The position numbers and the translations under genes are program-made. A DNA stretch of 63,909 bases, filler included, from Reticulomyxa filosa (taxonomy: Eukaryota; Protista; Foraminifera): the NCBI GenBank assembly GCA_000512085.1. It is 20 parts of 20 records of this genome, joined end to end, with 100 filler letters (N's around TTAATTAATTAA, not from the genome) between each part and the next. Parts side by side here need not be neighbours in the genome. Positions count along the whole stretch, not along the records: positions 20,376 to 25,011 come from ASPP01013981.1; positions 25,112 to 26,771 come from ASPP01018623.1; positions 26,872 to 39,518 come from ASPP01026096.1; 17 more parts are not named here. One strand, given 5' to 3'. Under the pieces are notes generated by a model that saw only the letters and a program-made list of their open reading frames with translations, ran no database searches and was not told the DNA's origin. Numbering within the stretch: the first letter of the stretch is position 1; each line of letters begins with the position of its first letter. Of the stretch, positions 23,998-37,967 are shown one piece after another.

Positions 23998-24955
23998 TCA
24001 ATTTTTTGAACAAGAGTGTTTTCTTCTACGGGGTCGGTGGAATTGGGTGTATCTTTTGCTCTGTCTTTTTTTTTTTATCTGATTTACTTCCTTTGGTTTT
24101 TTCTTTTTTTGTTTGCTTTTCTTAGCAACTTTTTTTCCCATATTGTCGTTGTCTTTTTCGTCTGATTTTTCTTTTTCGTCGTCGTTATCGTCACCACTTC
24201 CTTTGCTATTTCTACTGCGATTTTTGGTCTTTGGTATCAATTATAATATTCAAGTTGACAGATGTATGTATGGTGTAATGTACATTTTTTTTGGAATGTT
24301 TGTAACTGTATACATACACATGTATATATGTATATATATACATATATACATTATATAAAGTGGGTAAAAACATAGCCAAAAAAGACACCTGTTGAAAGGA
24401 GTATTCCAAGATAGGTTGATGGAGCTCATCACTGGACTCTTCAATTTTGGATTTCATATCAAAGGCTTTTGCGATGATGACTTGAAAGATTTTTTTGATA
24501 TTTATGGCTTTGGCGGAAGAACAATAAATTAACGGCGACTTCATTTTTGTTGCGTATTTACGTGCTCGTTTTGTAATTTGTTGTTTATACGATTGCTCCG
24601 ATTCTGCGAATAAGTCAAATTTTGTCCCTATCAAAAATGGAATAAACGCCTATACTTTTTTTTGAAAACATTATACATAATGCAAAATCGTGTTTTTCTC
24701 TTTTTCTTTAATCGCACGAAATTGTGACAGCCAGATATTATTATATCCATATAGCATATACATTTATTATATACATTTATATACATATATACATATATGT
24801 ATATGTACACACATACGTAACTCTATTGAATTTTCGCGCACGTTTATACCAATTTCTTACGGATCGCAAAGACGACTCTTTGGTGAGATCAAACGCAAAT
24901 AACACTGCTTTTGCATCCTCTAACACTAATGGCATTAGGTTTTCAAATTCTGTCT
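23998..24955 (-). CDS. SPG1: Spg1/Tem1-family small GTPase, 3' part (5' lost at contig end)
   Basis: EFENLMPLVLEDAKAVLFAFDLTKESSLRSVRNWYKRARKFNR|AFIPFLIGTKFDLF...ITKRARKYATKMKSPLIYCSSAKAINIKKIFQVIIAKAFD is characteristic of Spg1/Tem1. The extent of the charged last exon is uncertain. Confidence 0.85.
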
Positions 24956-26216
24956 GTTTGTGTGTCTTGTGGTCATTTTTCAAATTTTCTCTTAGTTTTT
25001 TTTTTTTTTTTNNNNNNNNNNNNNNNNNNNNNNNNNNNNNNNNNNNNNNNNNNNNTTAATTAATTAANNNNNNNNNNNNNNNNNNNNNNNNNNNNNNNNN
25101 NNNNNNNNNNNTAGTTATGTTCTTGTTCCAATAAGCTATTATATCTTTAAAAAAACATGAAAAATAAATATTTAAACATAATTCCTTTTTTAAACATTAT
25201 ACAAAATTTTTTTTTTTGGAATTATATTGCTTTCTTTTCGTTTGTGGGAGTATGCTGCCGATGAAATATGTCTCCTCCCTTCCCATTAGCGAAGCCAGAG
25301 AAGAGGACTATGCTCTGCCTATTACAGAACAAAACCGCCCAACTACCCCTTCGCGTAGTGTTAATTTGTGGATACTTGTTTGTTTTGTGTTCTTTTGCAT
25401 TCTTGTGTCCGTGTGCCGTTTTGAAGAAGAAGAAAAATAATTCAAAAGCAAGACAAAATGGAGGTAGGAGGAGGGAGATTTGACCAGGAGAGAGAGAGGA
25501 GAAAGAAAGGAGAAAGAGAGAGAGAGAGAGGTGAGTGAGTGTGTAAATGAATTTTAGTTTTTTTTTTTTTTTAATAACAAGAGTGTTATCAATACTTTTG
25601 TTGCTGGTGTCAGTTTGCAATAAAGAACTCAATGAGAGAGTTAATATTAACAAAACAAAGCAATTCTTTTCCCTCCTCTTCTTCTTCTCCTTTGTGCATT
25701 TTTTTTTTTTTGTAATGTTTGCTTGTTTGTAATTTTTTTTTATTGTTGAGGTTTTTTTTTTCCTTTTTTTTTGTGCTCATGTACCCCTTTGTTCCCCCTC
25801 TCTCTCCCAGGGGTTGATAATCTTTTTTTTTTGTGGTTGCCATCTTTATCTTTTATTTCTCTAAAGGCTCCATATTGTAGAGCCTTTTTCATTGTCGTGT
25901 GCCTTGTGAAACCACAAGAGAAGAAAGCGTTTTTTGTTGAAAAGATTTTGCACTCATCTCTTTGGCACGTATCACTTAACTACAATACATAAATTAGTAA
26001 AGGCTTGATTAAATATTTTTTTTTTTTTTGAATATTTTGCAATATTAATTTCTTTTAATAATAATTTTGCATTTGATTGTTTCGAAAGGACATAATTACA
26101 AAATTTAAACATCTTTTAAAACTTGTAAAGATTGGAGCGTCAAAACCTCCTCAGAATACAACTCCGACACGATTTTGTGCGCAATATTTTTTTTGCATTA
26201 TTGTGTGAGTGCAACA

Positions 26217-26693
26217 ATGAACAGTGATATCACCGAGTTTGAAGTGCATAACGTCGAATCCGAAAAAAATGAAGAACGCCAAACACTGGAAGCATTGTTC
26301 CAAGATTTGGACAACACCGATGTTGCAACGGTGACAGATACTTACGAAAATGAAAAACCAATTGAGAATACAGACCCGTTGACTTCGGATTACCAGCTAC
26401 CTCCCTTTGCAAATGAAGAAAATAAACAGTTACAGCAGCAAATGATGCAAAGCAATCGTAGACTGATACAATTGCAAGAACTAATCAATGAACAAAAACA
26501 GAGGGTGACCATTATGGGCGAACACCTAAAAAATGTCGATAAAGAGCTTGAGCACACAAGAGCAATGTGCACAATTAAACAGGCGGAAATTCAATCCGAA
26601 AAACAAATTACATTACTATCGGACCGAGAAAGAAATAAAGCAAAATCAACTATGAGCAAGACAGAAAAATTAATACAAGACTATCAAAACAGA
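26217..26693 (+). CDS. CCDC39: CCDC39/FAP59 axonemal ruler protein, first exon (truncated)
   Basis: LPPFANEENKQL...RVTIMGEHLKNVDKELEHTRAMC..K..EIQSE matches the recalled CCDC39 N-terminus (PVANEENK.L...M..H.KNV.QEL..T...C....E.ESE). Confidence 0.82.
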
Positions 26694-28052
26694 GTTAAAA
26701 AAAAAAGAGGGAAACAACTTTGAGGTCTCCACAAAAATTTGAAGTCACTTTTTTTAATTTTAAAAAAAAAANNNNNNNNNNNNNNNNNNNNNNNNNNNNN
26801 NNNNNNNNNNNNNNNTTAATTAATTAANNNNNNNNNNNNNNNNNNNNNNNNNNNNNNNNNNNNNNNNNNNNTCTTTGCAATTTTTTTATTTCATTGTTTC
26901 TCCAAATTTTTTTGATGTTAACTTCCATGATAAAGCAAAAAATTTGTTTTTTGAGGATGTGTGATTGCGTATACTTAAAATATAAGTCAACTGATAGTGA
27001 CGTTACAAAAAAGGTGTTCGAAAGTTTAAGACTTTTTGCTCTTTTCTGTTCTTTGTGTTTTTATTTTATTTTGAAAGTGTTATTAGATTTTATTTGGATT
27101 TATTGCTTTGTGTTCATCTTTTAATTTACGTTTTTTTGTTTGTTTGATGATAGTTTTAGGTTGAAAAGCATGAGAATTATAAGACCGTTACCTGATAAAA
27201 ATGGCATAATAAACCTTACAAAATAAAAGTCTTTTTTCTTTTTAACAAATTTTGGGTTGTAATGTAAACATGTTGTTGAAAAAAGTCTACTTTGCGGACA
27301 AGAGAAAATAAAAACAAATTGCAATACTTTGTAATAAATGGTGGTAATGTGCAATTGGAAATTTGAAAATTGCTAAAGTTCGCGACTTGGAAAAGTATGG
27401 AAAATTGTATTGTATTATACAACACTTTTGTGTTTTAATTTAATAAGTCAGCCTTGCATAAAATTTTACACCTTTGTATTAAACTTGCAGCGGTAGTCTA
27501 CTTCATGCAGTGGCAGATATGTCTTTTAAAGAAGAAACACAAATTAAAGTAAGACAATGATTTTTTGATACTCCAACATCGCAATATCATTTCATTTACG
27601 ATATTTTAAATTATAATTTCTAATTTTTAAATCAATCACAAAAAAGACGAATATTTACAATAAACCAAAAAGTAAAAATTTTTTTAATTAGATATTTTTT
27701 ACTTTTCTAGATTTTTATTGAAAAATAAACACATTTTAAAATTCATCGAGGCGTGTAGATATCATTTTCAAAAATTTCACTATGTTGATTTTTGAAGAAA
27801 TATTTACAGTTTCTATTTTGGTCTCTTTTTTTAAGATAGAATTAAAGGTAAACCTTTTTGAAAATTTTTTGTAAATGATAGGTAATTCATGAGTATATGA
27901 ACTCAAATATATTAAAACTTTTATTAGTTCAGTAAGCGCTTTATCGCATAAAATTTTTTCAAACTTTTTCGGAACAAAAATAAGGGAATCAAAAAACAAT
28001 CAAAAAAGTCTGATATATATTGTGGATTCTGTTTGAATAAATCGTAATCTGC

Positions 28053-29274
28053 ATGTCACCATTTCGATCACATTTGAAGCCTGCCCGTCTCGACTCTTTG
28101 AAAGCAGTAGTGAGTCGCAACGGTCGTAGTAACTTAAGTTGTTTCAGTACGCGTTCGTTTTGCCGCAATTGTAAAATAAAAATTTTTGGACGGCGGCGAA
28201 ATGACAGTACTCAACGTATGCGATTGGTAATTGGAAGTGCCATTCAGGCGAGATATTTCAGTGAGCGAATTGATACAACAAAGGACTATTACACTATATT
28301 AGGAATATCCAGATCAGCGCCAAAACGAGAAATCCATAACGCATATGTAAAACTTGTCAAAGAGTGGCATCCTGATGTGCATGCTACGAAATCAGAACAA
28401 GAGAGAGATATTGCCAAGCAAAAATTTCAGTTAAGCCATGCATTCAAATAAATAGACAAAAGCAATGATGTATGGACACGTAAACAAAACTTTGGAATAC
28501 CACACAGAGCAATCCAGGAAGCACATGAAATATTAGAGAACGAAGCAGCACGCAAGAAATACGATGAAATGACATCAAACATTGATATGAATTTCGGTCA
28601 TGCTACTGGATATCGACAACAAGGACATCATAACAGAGAAGCTGCTTGGGAAAGGGCGTTCCGACAACAGATGGCGGCAGAATGGGAACATTTACGTACC
28701 GAACAACAAATACATCAAGCAAACAATGCGTACGCTCACCAATCGAGCTCTTTTTCGCGACAATATACTCGCAATCCATTGGATATGTTCGGTGGACCAT
28801 TTCATTTTGGACGCTATTACTATGGATCGGAAGCTTCCCGCTTCCTTCCTCCGCTGTCCATGTCCCAAATACTCGTCTCCATACTCGTCGGCATCGTCAT
28901 TACTCATTTTGGCACTACTTGGCTAAATCAGTCTCGAAGAAATAATTATTCCAATAATTCTCGAAAAAACCCACCACATGTTGTGGATGATGAGTTACTT
29001 TTTTGTCGTAGATGCATTCACTCTTTTTTTACTGTGTTACGATAACATATGTCTGGGTGTAAAAAAAAAAAGTCACGCGCTTTGGAATGAGCTCGTGGAA
29101 GATGAAGAAACAAATAAGAGAAGTAGATATTCACAATATCCGCAACCTTCGATCGCCTTAAGTCCTCAACACTTGCAGTCGCAAAAGTTGTCGAGTGTTG
29201 ATGATGGCAGGTTTTCGTCTCAAATGCAAACAGACATCCACGACCAACCAAAAGTTATTTTCTTACTACATTAA
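28053..29274 (+). CDS. DnaJ (type III) protein with presequence-like N-terminus and a TM segment
   Basis: DYYTILGI...EI..AY.KL.KEWHPD...KFQ|AIQEAHEIL.NE..RKKYD. Arg/Ser-rich N-terminus. TM segment ILVSILVGIVITHFG. Introns near 28430-28507 and at 28994-29072; 3' end uncertain. Confidence 0.85.
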
Positions 29275-29899
29275 AACCAACTATTCCGAAAAGGAAGAGA
29301 AACAAGAGTGCAAAGGTAATAGGTAAAACAACCAAAATTTGTGCGCTGTGTTTAGGATATGGGCCTTGTAGATAGCAGTGTCGTTTACAATAACGTGCGT
29401 CAAGACGTGGAAAAGTTGCGTTAGTACCTGTATATGTAGTCAAAAGAGAATACTAGCTATCACAGTAATGTGGTAAACAGAAAGTGAATAACTTCTGGAA
29501 AAAAAATATAATACTAAATTATTTTGACATATCGCAGAATCAAAAGAAAAAAAGCATTATTTCTTTTCTAATTTTTTTTCTTTATATTGGCTTGTGGACA
29601 GTTTTTAAGAGTTTTGCGAATGTGTTTGTTTTTGTGAGCCATTTTTGTGATGTTTGTTGGTTCAGATATCAAGTTTTAGTGATGAATGTAGTCTTGATCT
29701 CAAATTTTCAAATCATGTTTTCGTTTTATTGTAACATTTAATAAAAAAGAGAAAACACGAACCAACACACAAACCATCATAAATTTCCAACATGATTTCT
29801 CAAAAGTTCTGTTGTCCAATCATCTCAAAAATGGTGAATACTTCAAAGCAATGCTTCGAATGAAGAGAGTGGAAATGGTTTGTGTTAATTTTGTTCGAA

Positions 29900-31400
29900 T
29901 TATGTTTGCTTATTCTTGTCCTTATGATTTTTTGAGAAGGTGATAAGCTCTTCATACATCATGTGTCGAACACCAAACAACGTATTGATTTGTCTTTCAA
30001 ATTCAAAAGACAAATCAAACACTTCAACAGGTCTGTGCTCATCTTTTTCCCGATACATCGGTTTCAACCAAGCATGTCTCATTGCACCAGCAGCACTTGG
30101 ACGTTTAGTTGGGTCCAACTCCAGCAATTGGTCCAACAATTCTGCTGCCTCGGGACAAATGTCGGGCAATAGTTTAGACAAATCTTGTTTTGGTTTTCTT
30201 TGCATTCGCCCTACCCATTTTTTTGCATCTGATGTTTTGATCCATTCAATGTCATCCGGTACACCACGATAACTGAATATCAAATTGATTTGGTCAATGT
30301 GATTTGTCCCTCGAAACAAAGGTTTACGATAGTACAATTCTGCCATAATACACCCAGCACTCCACAGATCTACCTTTTCGTCATATTGCCGAGACGAGCA
30401 AATGACCTCAGGTGCACGATACCTTTTTTTTTTTTGTGATTGTATGTTTGTCTTTATTAGCTGTATTGATGTTATTGAATAAATGATATAAATTGTTTAC
30501 GATTGTAACAAGGATGAAATTACCATCGTGTAACAACATATTCTGTCAATTTGGCATCCACATTGGAATCTTTGCTAACACCACGTGCCAGCCCAAAGTC
30601 AGTGATTTTCAATCGACAGTCACTGCCATTGACTAATATATTTTCTGGTTTCAAATCTCTGTGCCAAACTCCAGCGTCATGCATGTATTTTAAGCCGCGA
30701 AGTAATTGATAAACAAAATACTGTCTGTGCTTTTCGGTCAGCACTTGCTTGCTGCGTATGATGCGAGATAAAGTTGTTTCCATGCGCGGCATAATTAAAT
30801 ACACTTCTTTGAAGTCATCTTGTTCATAGGTATCGGGTGGAATAACTCCAAGTAATGATATTATCTATTTGCATTTCAAACAGAAGTGTGTAATTTGATC
30901 ACTTGACTATTTACTTATTTTATTTTATTTTTTGTTTATTTGTTTAAAGCGTCGTTTTGTGTTACATACATTCTCATGATTGAAATGTAACAGTAATTTG
31001 ATTTCTCTCAATATTCTTTTGGCATCTGACAATGCACCAAACACATCTTTATTTTTTTTGATCGCCACTTTTTGTCCAGTTCGAGTATCCACAGCTTCTC
31101 TGTGCGTGTTACACACGTCCATACATATGTACATACCAGTGTCATGAAACAAGAGAAAGAGAGGAGATACAAGCACAAAAGAAAGGGTAAAAATAGCAAC
31201 ATACATTACGACAGCATACGCACCTTGACCAAGTTTTTTGACTGGTTGGTAATAATCATAGAGTACAAATTTTTCACCATTAATTCGATAAGCAATTTTT
31301 TTTTTTGACTTTTTTCCGACGATGAAGGCTGTCATTGGAAAGCATGCCACACATACATACATCAGACATATATGTGTATGTATGTATATATATATATATT

Positions 31401-31439
<39 letters not shown>

Positions 31440-31849
31440 ATATACATATATATATATACAAATATCAGACAATAATCTGTGTTTCTTTATACAATGCGAA
31501 TACCTTTTCTCTTTCAATGGAATCTTCATTTGCCTCTTGCTTAGTAATTGTCGTGTCGTGGGATTGGCCGTCCGTGTTGGATTCGTTATTGTCATTTCCT
31601 TTTTTTTTGACATGATTTACTGATCGATCTTTTTCGGCATTGTCTCTGCTTTTTTTATGTCGTTCGTGTTGATCTACGCCTTTTTCTTTCTCTTCTCCTC
31701 CTTCTTTGTTTCTTTCCTCTTGTTCAGGTATTGTTGGTGATAAAGGTGTTTCTTCGTCTTTGTCTTCGGAGTTGCTATTTTCAGCGTGTCGATCTTCCGA
31801 GTTGTTTTCATCTTTGTCGTCAGGCCTCTTTTTCCTTGTCTCTTCTTCT

Positions 31850-31884
<35 letters not shown>

Positions 31885-32687
31885 TTCTTCCTCTTCTTCT
31901 CTTCCTCCTCTTTCTTCTTCGTTTTCTTTTCCTTGCTGTCGTTGTTGCTCTCTTTTATCGCCATTATCATTGTCATGCTCATCCTCATCTTCATCTTCAT
32001 CCTCATCCTCATCCCTATTCTCATCCCCGTCCTCGACCTCTCGCTCTTCTCCTATGCTCATATCGTAGATTCTTTTTTTTCATCATCTTCTGACGCAATG
32101 CCTTTTCACGTATCAATCGCTCTTTCCTTTCTTTCTCCAATTGATTCAAATCCGGTATATACGAGTGTCGTTTTACGTCCAGGCTATTCGTCGTTGGCTT
32201 CGCTTTGTTTGTGTTGCCGCGATTCGAACGCGTCACTTTCGCATCCACCGAATATCTCTGATTTCTGTATCATTTCAGAGTACACCATATTGTTATCCTG
32301 CTTTTCTTTTTTTTTTTCTCCCTCCCCTGTGTGCCCCTTTTGCTTCGTATGACAAACTCGGCTGTTTTGGTTCCAGTTATGCGATTCAATGCTTCAAGTC
32401 TTTGTTGCACCGCTTTGCCTGTCTGTTTTTTTTTAAAAGCATAAAAAAAAAACAAGGCCTTGGTAATTGTGCTTTGAAATGCTTATGATTGCTGTGCTGC
32501 AGTGAAACCCAACTGTTGGCATTGTAGACGTAGGGATTTGCTTGGAGCCATTGGTCGTTTTTTGTTTGCTTTGCTCGTCTCTCAAACCGTTCTTTTTATT
32601 CTCAGAATTCTGTATTTGGGTCTCATCAAGGCTTGTGCTTCTGTTCCAATGGGGCTCATTCTCATCTTTGTGTGATATAGAAGACAT
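29900..32687 (-). CDS. MAP kinase (TEY activation loop) with a long charged/acidic N-terminal extension
   Basis: [48 protein letters not shown]|[24 protein letters not shown]. Multi-exon. Joining of the N-terminal exons is inferred and needs homopolymer corrections. Confidence 0.93.
31379..31459. repeat. (TA)n-rich microsatellite in a MAPK intron
   Basis: Interrupted TATATA run. Confidence 0.9.
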
Positions 32688-32942
32688 TGTATTTTCCAAA
32701 TTTTTATCGAAAGATTTTCAGTTGAGGTCCAAAAAATTGCTTTGTAGAAGTGATACGTAGTGCTCGATTTTTATATTGTAGAATTACGATGATGATTTTT
32801 AATAACTTTTAGAATGATTTAATAATAGTGAATTTAAAATTTTCCTTTGTGCATTGGCGAGTTGTTTGGAGTGACAAAAAAAGCGCACTGCCAACTGCCA
32901 TCCAGTTTTCAAAGGAAAAAACACACACAAAGAAAATGAAAT

Positions 32943-34105
32943 TTAGCTTTTGTCTTGTTTTTGCACAGGCTGAGTTTTTTCTTGTTTTTTTTCTTTGTTG
33001 GTTTCGTCATCGTCAAAAAGACTGTCGATGACATCTGAAGGAGCATTATTTGGTTTCTTTCCATGTTTGCCATCGACTTGGGCCAAAGAATCCGAAGTTT
33101 GGTCTAATTGATTTTGTTCTTTTTGTAATTGTCGACGTACAAGTTTGGCATAGACACCATTTAATTTTAGTAATTGATCATGCGAGCCTAATTCAACAAT
33201 CTTGCCACCGTCAATCACAGCAATTTTATCAGCATTGACAACAGTGGACAATCGATGTGCCACAAGAATGACAACAGCTGCTTGATAGCCTTGGAATTGT
33301 TTTGTTTCTGCATTAAAAGTCCACATACATTTGTGACAGACGTGTATTTGTGTAGATGACGATGTTTGTAAAGTATATGCTGTGTGTATGTTGTGAGCAA
33401 AGCTAACCTGCCAATTTCGCAATATCAGATTGTTTCTTCTCCTGCTCACCGTCCGAAAGAGCGATGGCTTTATTTTTACGATTTCCGAAAATAGTTCCGT
33501 CAATGGCACTTTGCACTAAAGCTTCACTTTCTGTATCCAATGCGCTCGTGGCCTCATCTAACAATAGAATACGTGGCCGTCGGATTAACATGCGTGCAAT
33601 GGCTACTCTCTGTTTCATTCCTCCCGACAAAGTGATTCCTCTTTCTCCGACATGTGTTTGGTAGCCTTCATCGAACCCCATGATAAAATCATCAGCGTTG
33701 GCTAATTGAGAGAAATGTCTAACCTCTTCAATGGAATAGTCATAGTTTTCGGGCAGTGCATAACCACATTTTCCTCAATTGTCACATTGAACAGCTGTGT
33801 ATCTTGAGCGACTAACCCAAGTTGCGATTTGAATTTGTCAGATTCATATCCCTCAGGTCAACACCGTCAATGTAAATACCCCCAGATATTGGATCGTAAA
33901 ATCGCATTAACAAGTGCACCAAACTGTATGTATGAAACAACATTAATTAAAAGTACTAACAAATAAATTACAACACATGATAGAAAATGTTTCTAAACGT
34001 TGATTTCCCTCCTCCGGATCTTCCAACCAGAGCAACGACTTCTCCTGGGTTGATTTCCAGATTAATACCCTTTTTTTTTATACATTTTGTTATTTGTGCA
34101 GTTGT

Positions 34106-34137
<32 letters not shown>

Positions 34138-37100
34138 GTGTACAAAAAAGTACGTATACACAGATAGATGATATGTATGCGTGTTAAAATTATGGATGAC
34201 TCAACTTGTAAGACAGGTTTTTCAGGTCTGCTTGCATAATGGAAATGTAAATCCTTAATGACAATATGACCTTTAATGACACCAGGATCAGTACCACTTT
34301 CCATGTCGATATCGGGCAGACTATCCAATAACGTAAAGATACGTTGGGCTGCACCTGCAGCTCTGGTGAAACTTGTCAAAATATTTTGCAAGGATTTGAA
34401 GGCGGTGTTGATCATGTTCCAATACAATTGAAATGTAATTAAATGTCCCAATGTCAAATTGCTATGAGCAGAATCGCCATTGTTGTAATCAAAGATCGTG
34501 ATCCCACCAAAGTATAGAATCAACACACCCGCTCCCAAATCTAAGTAATTGGTTAACGCAAAGGTGCCTTTGTACAGTATGTGTAAATTAATAGTATTGT
34601 CTCTTTGATTTGAATGTTTTAAATTCAAAATAGACACACAAACAAATAAATAAATCAATAAATGTGGTATGTAGTCTCTTCGGATACAACGTACCAGTGC
34701 CGGCAAAAGCATCCAAAATTCCCCTTTGCAAGGCTTCGTTCAAAGCATCATCAAATTTACGAACCTCTTTTTGTTCACATCCAAATGCTCGGACGGTACG
34801 AATGTTTGAAATACTTTGGTTGGCGACATTGTTTGCATCACCATAAGCAGCCCAAATGGATCGATTCATGGCTTGTGACCACTAAAAAATAAAATAAAAT
34901 AAGAAATGTATTTCTTAACGTCGACACAATGACATATCCAATAGAAAAGTACGACGTAACTTTGGCATATTGTTGAGTGAGAAGAACCACCGGGGCAATT
35001 GTCTATATTGTTTGTTTCTTTGGTCGTTTAAATGTGAAAACAAAGATTTGCATATATACAAAAAGTCGAGTGGTCAAATGTTTTCATTGCAATGTGTAGT
35101 TCGCAAAATACGAAACAGTGAGAGCCAAGAACGGAGTTGCCACGATGTGACAAAGCACATGACCAATCCTCCAAACAATGAAATGAGTCCACTCAATAAT
35201 ATGTATAAACTATACTGAATGGGGCTCACCATTCCATCCACATCATTCGTCATGCGTGATGTCAATTCTCCTGTCGACATTGAATCAAAGAATGCAATAT
35301 CCTGTGCAAACACAAATAAACAAACAAACATCCAGAATTGCCATCATTTCAATATCGTAAATTCAATTGCTGATTTTTTTTATTTTATTTTTTTGCTGCG
35401 CATGTGCAAATACAAATGTGATATATTTGCGTATAATATTCTTAATGTGCACGATCATACTTGAACAATGATAGATCGAAACATTCGACTGCGAATTGAA
35501 ATGGACAATTTCCTGCCTACCACGTTGAAGCATAAGTTTCGAATTGCACCAAAGAAACCCGTTATCACGGATAAAATTATAAATAGTTGAACTTCTTTGT
35601 TGAACCCTTTATTATTATTATTGTTATTATTATTATATTCGCTGTTTTGTATTACAACTAAATACATATTCGCATACACACACACAATAACAAGCATACC
35701 ATTTCGGTCTTGATTGATAATTTTGTCAAAAATACGACCTTGCGCAGCGGGCAAATACAAATTGGTGCCTGAATTGATGAGTAAGCATAAAAATGCAATG
35801 CTAATGGAGCACCAAAAAGGTGAGACGAGTGTTACTGCACGACGAACATAATCTCTTGTTGTCAATTCTTTTGTTTCTTTTTCACCCTGTTTATTGTATT
35901 ATTTGATGGTGATATTCTTTAATTTTTTGATTGGTTGCGACAAACACAAAACAAAAAAAAAAAAAAAAAAAAAAAAAAAAGTGTGTACCTTGTCTCCTCT
36001 GATGACATACTTGTCTTGTCGCTTCGTAGACATATGTTTAGCGCTCCAGTCAATGGAACCTCCTTTGTCCATATTCAAATTGCTCTTTGACTCTTGCGCT
36101 TTGGCTTTTTTATCTTTTTTTTTTGCAATTGTTTTTTGATATGTTTTTTATAGCAAGCGCTGCAAATATCAAACGAGCATCTTTCACAGCGATAGCCAAA
36201 CGCTTTCACTCGTTCAAAACATAAATCGCACCAATACTTTAATTTTTTTTGGAGATACAGTGGATGTGGATGTAATTCTTTCAACAATACCCCTTCGCCT
36301 TTACTCCATAAACAAGACAAAGATATTTATATACATATACATATATATAATATAAATATATATGTGTATATAAGTACGTTATTATGTATGTAATTTTATT
36401 TTGTTAATTGCTTACCAAAGTCGGTGGCATTGTCAACAAACTGCTTGCAACAAAAGATTTCCATATTAATTGCCAAGACAATACCCCCAAAAGCAAAGGC
36501 TTGTGCAACTACCACATGATTTGCAAAGTGGAAAAGAACGCACTTGACTCCAATGTATCCTTGATAAAACGTGCACAATAAAAATAGCAACAGCAACAGT
36601 CCATTTTTTACTAACACACAATGCTGTTTTCGTCTTTCATACTCTTCTTCCGCTTTTTCATTGTCAAACGTTATTTTACTTTTTTTTCCTATACGAGTGA
36701 ATTTCGTCCATAAATGACTCCGATTCTTTTTTTTTTCTTCGGGGCATCTTCCAACATTACCACTTGCACACACACACACATATACACAATTACTGCAAAA
36801 AAAAAAAACAACTTAGTCCATTTTTCTTTTTTTTTTTTCCTAGTTGAAATTAATTTTTACTTTCTTTTTTTTCTTGCTGAGAAAGTTGAAGGAACAACGT
36901 AATTTTTATTCGTCTAGTTTTTGCTGAGTTGGTAACTTTTTTTTACCCTTAAAAAAAAAAAAAAAGTGTGATACGAAAAAGACCTTTTGAGCACTAACTT
37001 GATACAACCGCATCATTTTCATTCAACAATGCGGTCTTCTGATTTTCTGCGGCGTTGTATGAATGCTTGACGTTAGGTGTGCCGGTACTCTGAAATATGT

Positions 37101-37479
37101 AAAACCGTTGTACAGATACGTCAGGCCACAATTCATTTGGCACACCTTGCCGAATACATAAAATCATAAATACAAATAGTGTGACGATTCGTATCCATAA
37201 CATAATAATTGAATCTGCTGTTCCCGTTTCATAATGTCGAAAATCGTGAGATATTGTACTTCCATCAAGTGGGAATGTGTAGTCGTTGCTTAACCAAAAT
37301 AATATAAAACAACTCGTTATATCAATTATTATTGCAATAAATAATCCGTAAAACGCTGATTTGTCTAGTTTTCCAGTCGTTGGAAGGAAAAACTGAATAC
37401 AGCCAAAAATTGTATTTGTATTCTCAAATTCTGTCCCCAAATCTTCTAATTCTTTTTCATCAGTATCGGCTTGGGACAT
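32943..37479 (-). CDS. ABCB-family half transporter (TMD0 + DC1-like Zn finger + ABC membrane domain + NBD)
   Basis: [15 protein letters not shown]; [11 protein letters not shown]; FQLYWN; AAGAAQRIF; Walker [10 protein letters not shown]; [13 protein letters not shown]; [12 protein letters not shown]; VAHRLSTV. About 10 introns. G-run frameshifts near 33764 and 33839. Confidence 0.93.
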
Positions 37480-37967
37480 AATGGTTATATTTGCGTTCTA
37501 TGACAAACAAAAGTTCACGTTCTATTGCGTCCTCGTTTTTCTTAGATTGCCAAAATGTAAAATAGGATCATTTGTCAAAATCGATTTTTTTTATAGCAAA
37601 GATTTCAAGCAGTGAAATAAATATTCGAACAATTAATGTTGTTTTTTTTTTGGAAAAAAAAGATAAAATATTTGAAATTTCGGCACAATAATTTCCCAAA
37701 AAAATTGTGGAAAAAGTAAGGGTCTTTGCAAGTTCAGGTGATTATAAATTAAAAGCAAAGAAAATATGAACACCCTTTCTTCTTCGTTGCTTGATCCTAG
37801 TGTTTCGTTCTTATTTATGTTATTAAGTTTTTCTTCTCAACAGGAAAAGAAATTTCAAAAAAATTATTTTTTTTCTTCTTTAAATTTTGTTTAAAACAAA
37901 GTGAAAACGCATATGCACCACACGCTCCCATTCTTTTTCATTTGTGTTTGTCTCTCCAAGTTGGTTA

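Noticed and set aside
25252-25440. Small TM-like ORF (MLPMKYV...FEEEEK)
   Set aside because: Short, with no motif, and competing ORFs on both strands; the coding strand cannot be determined.
31674-32352. Overlapping poly-S, poly-L, poly-F and poly-K ORFs
   Set aside because: These are shadow frames of the GAA/GAT-rich acidic MAPK exon.
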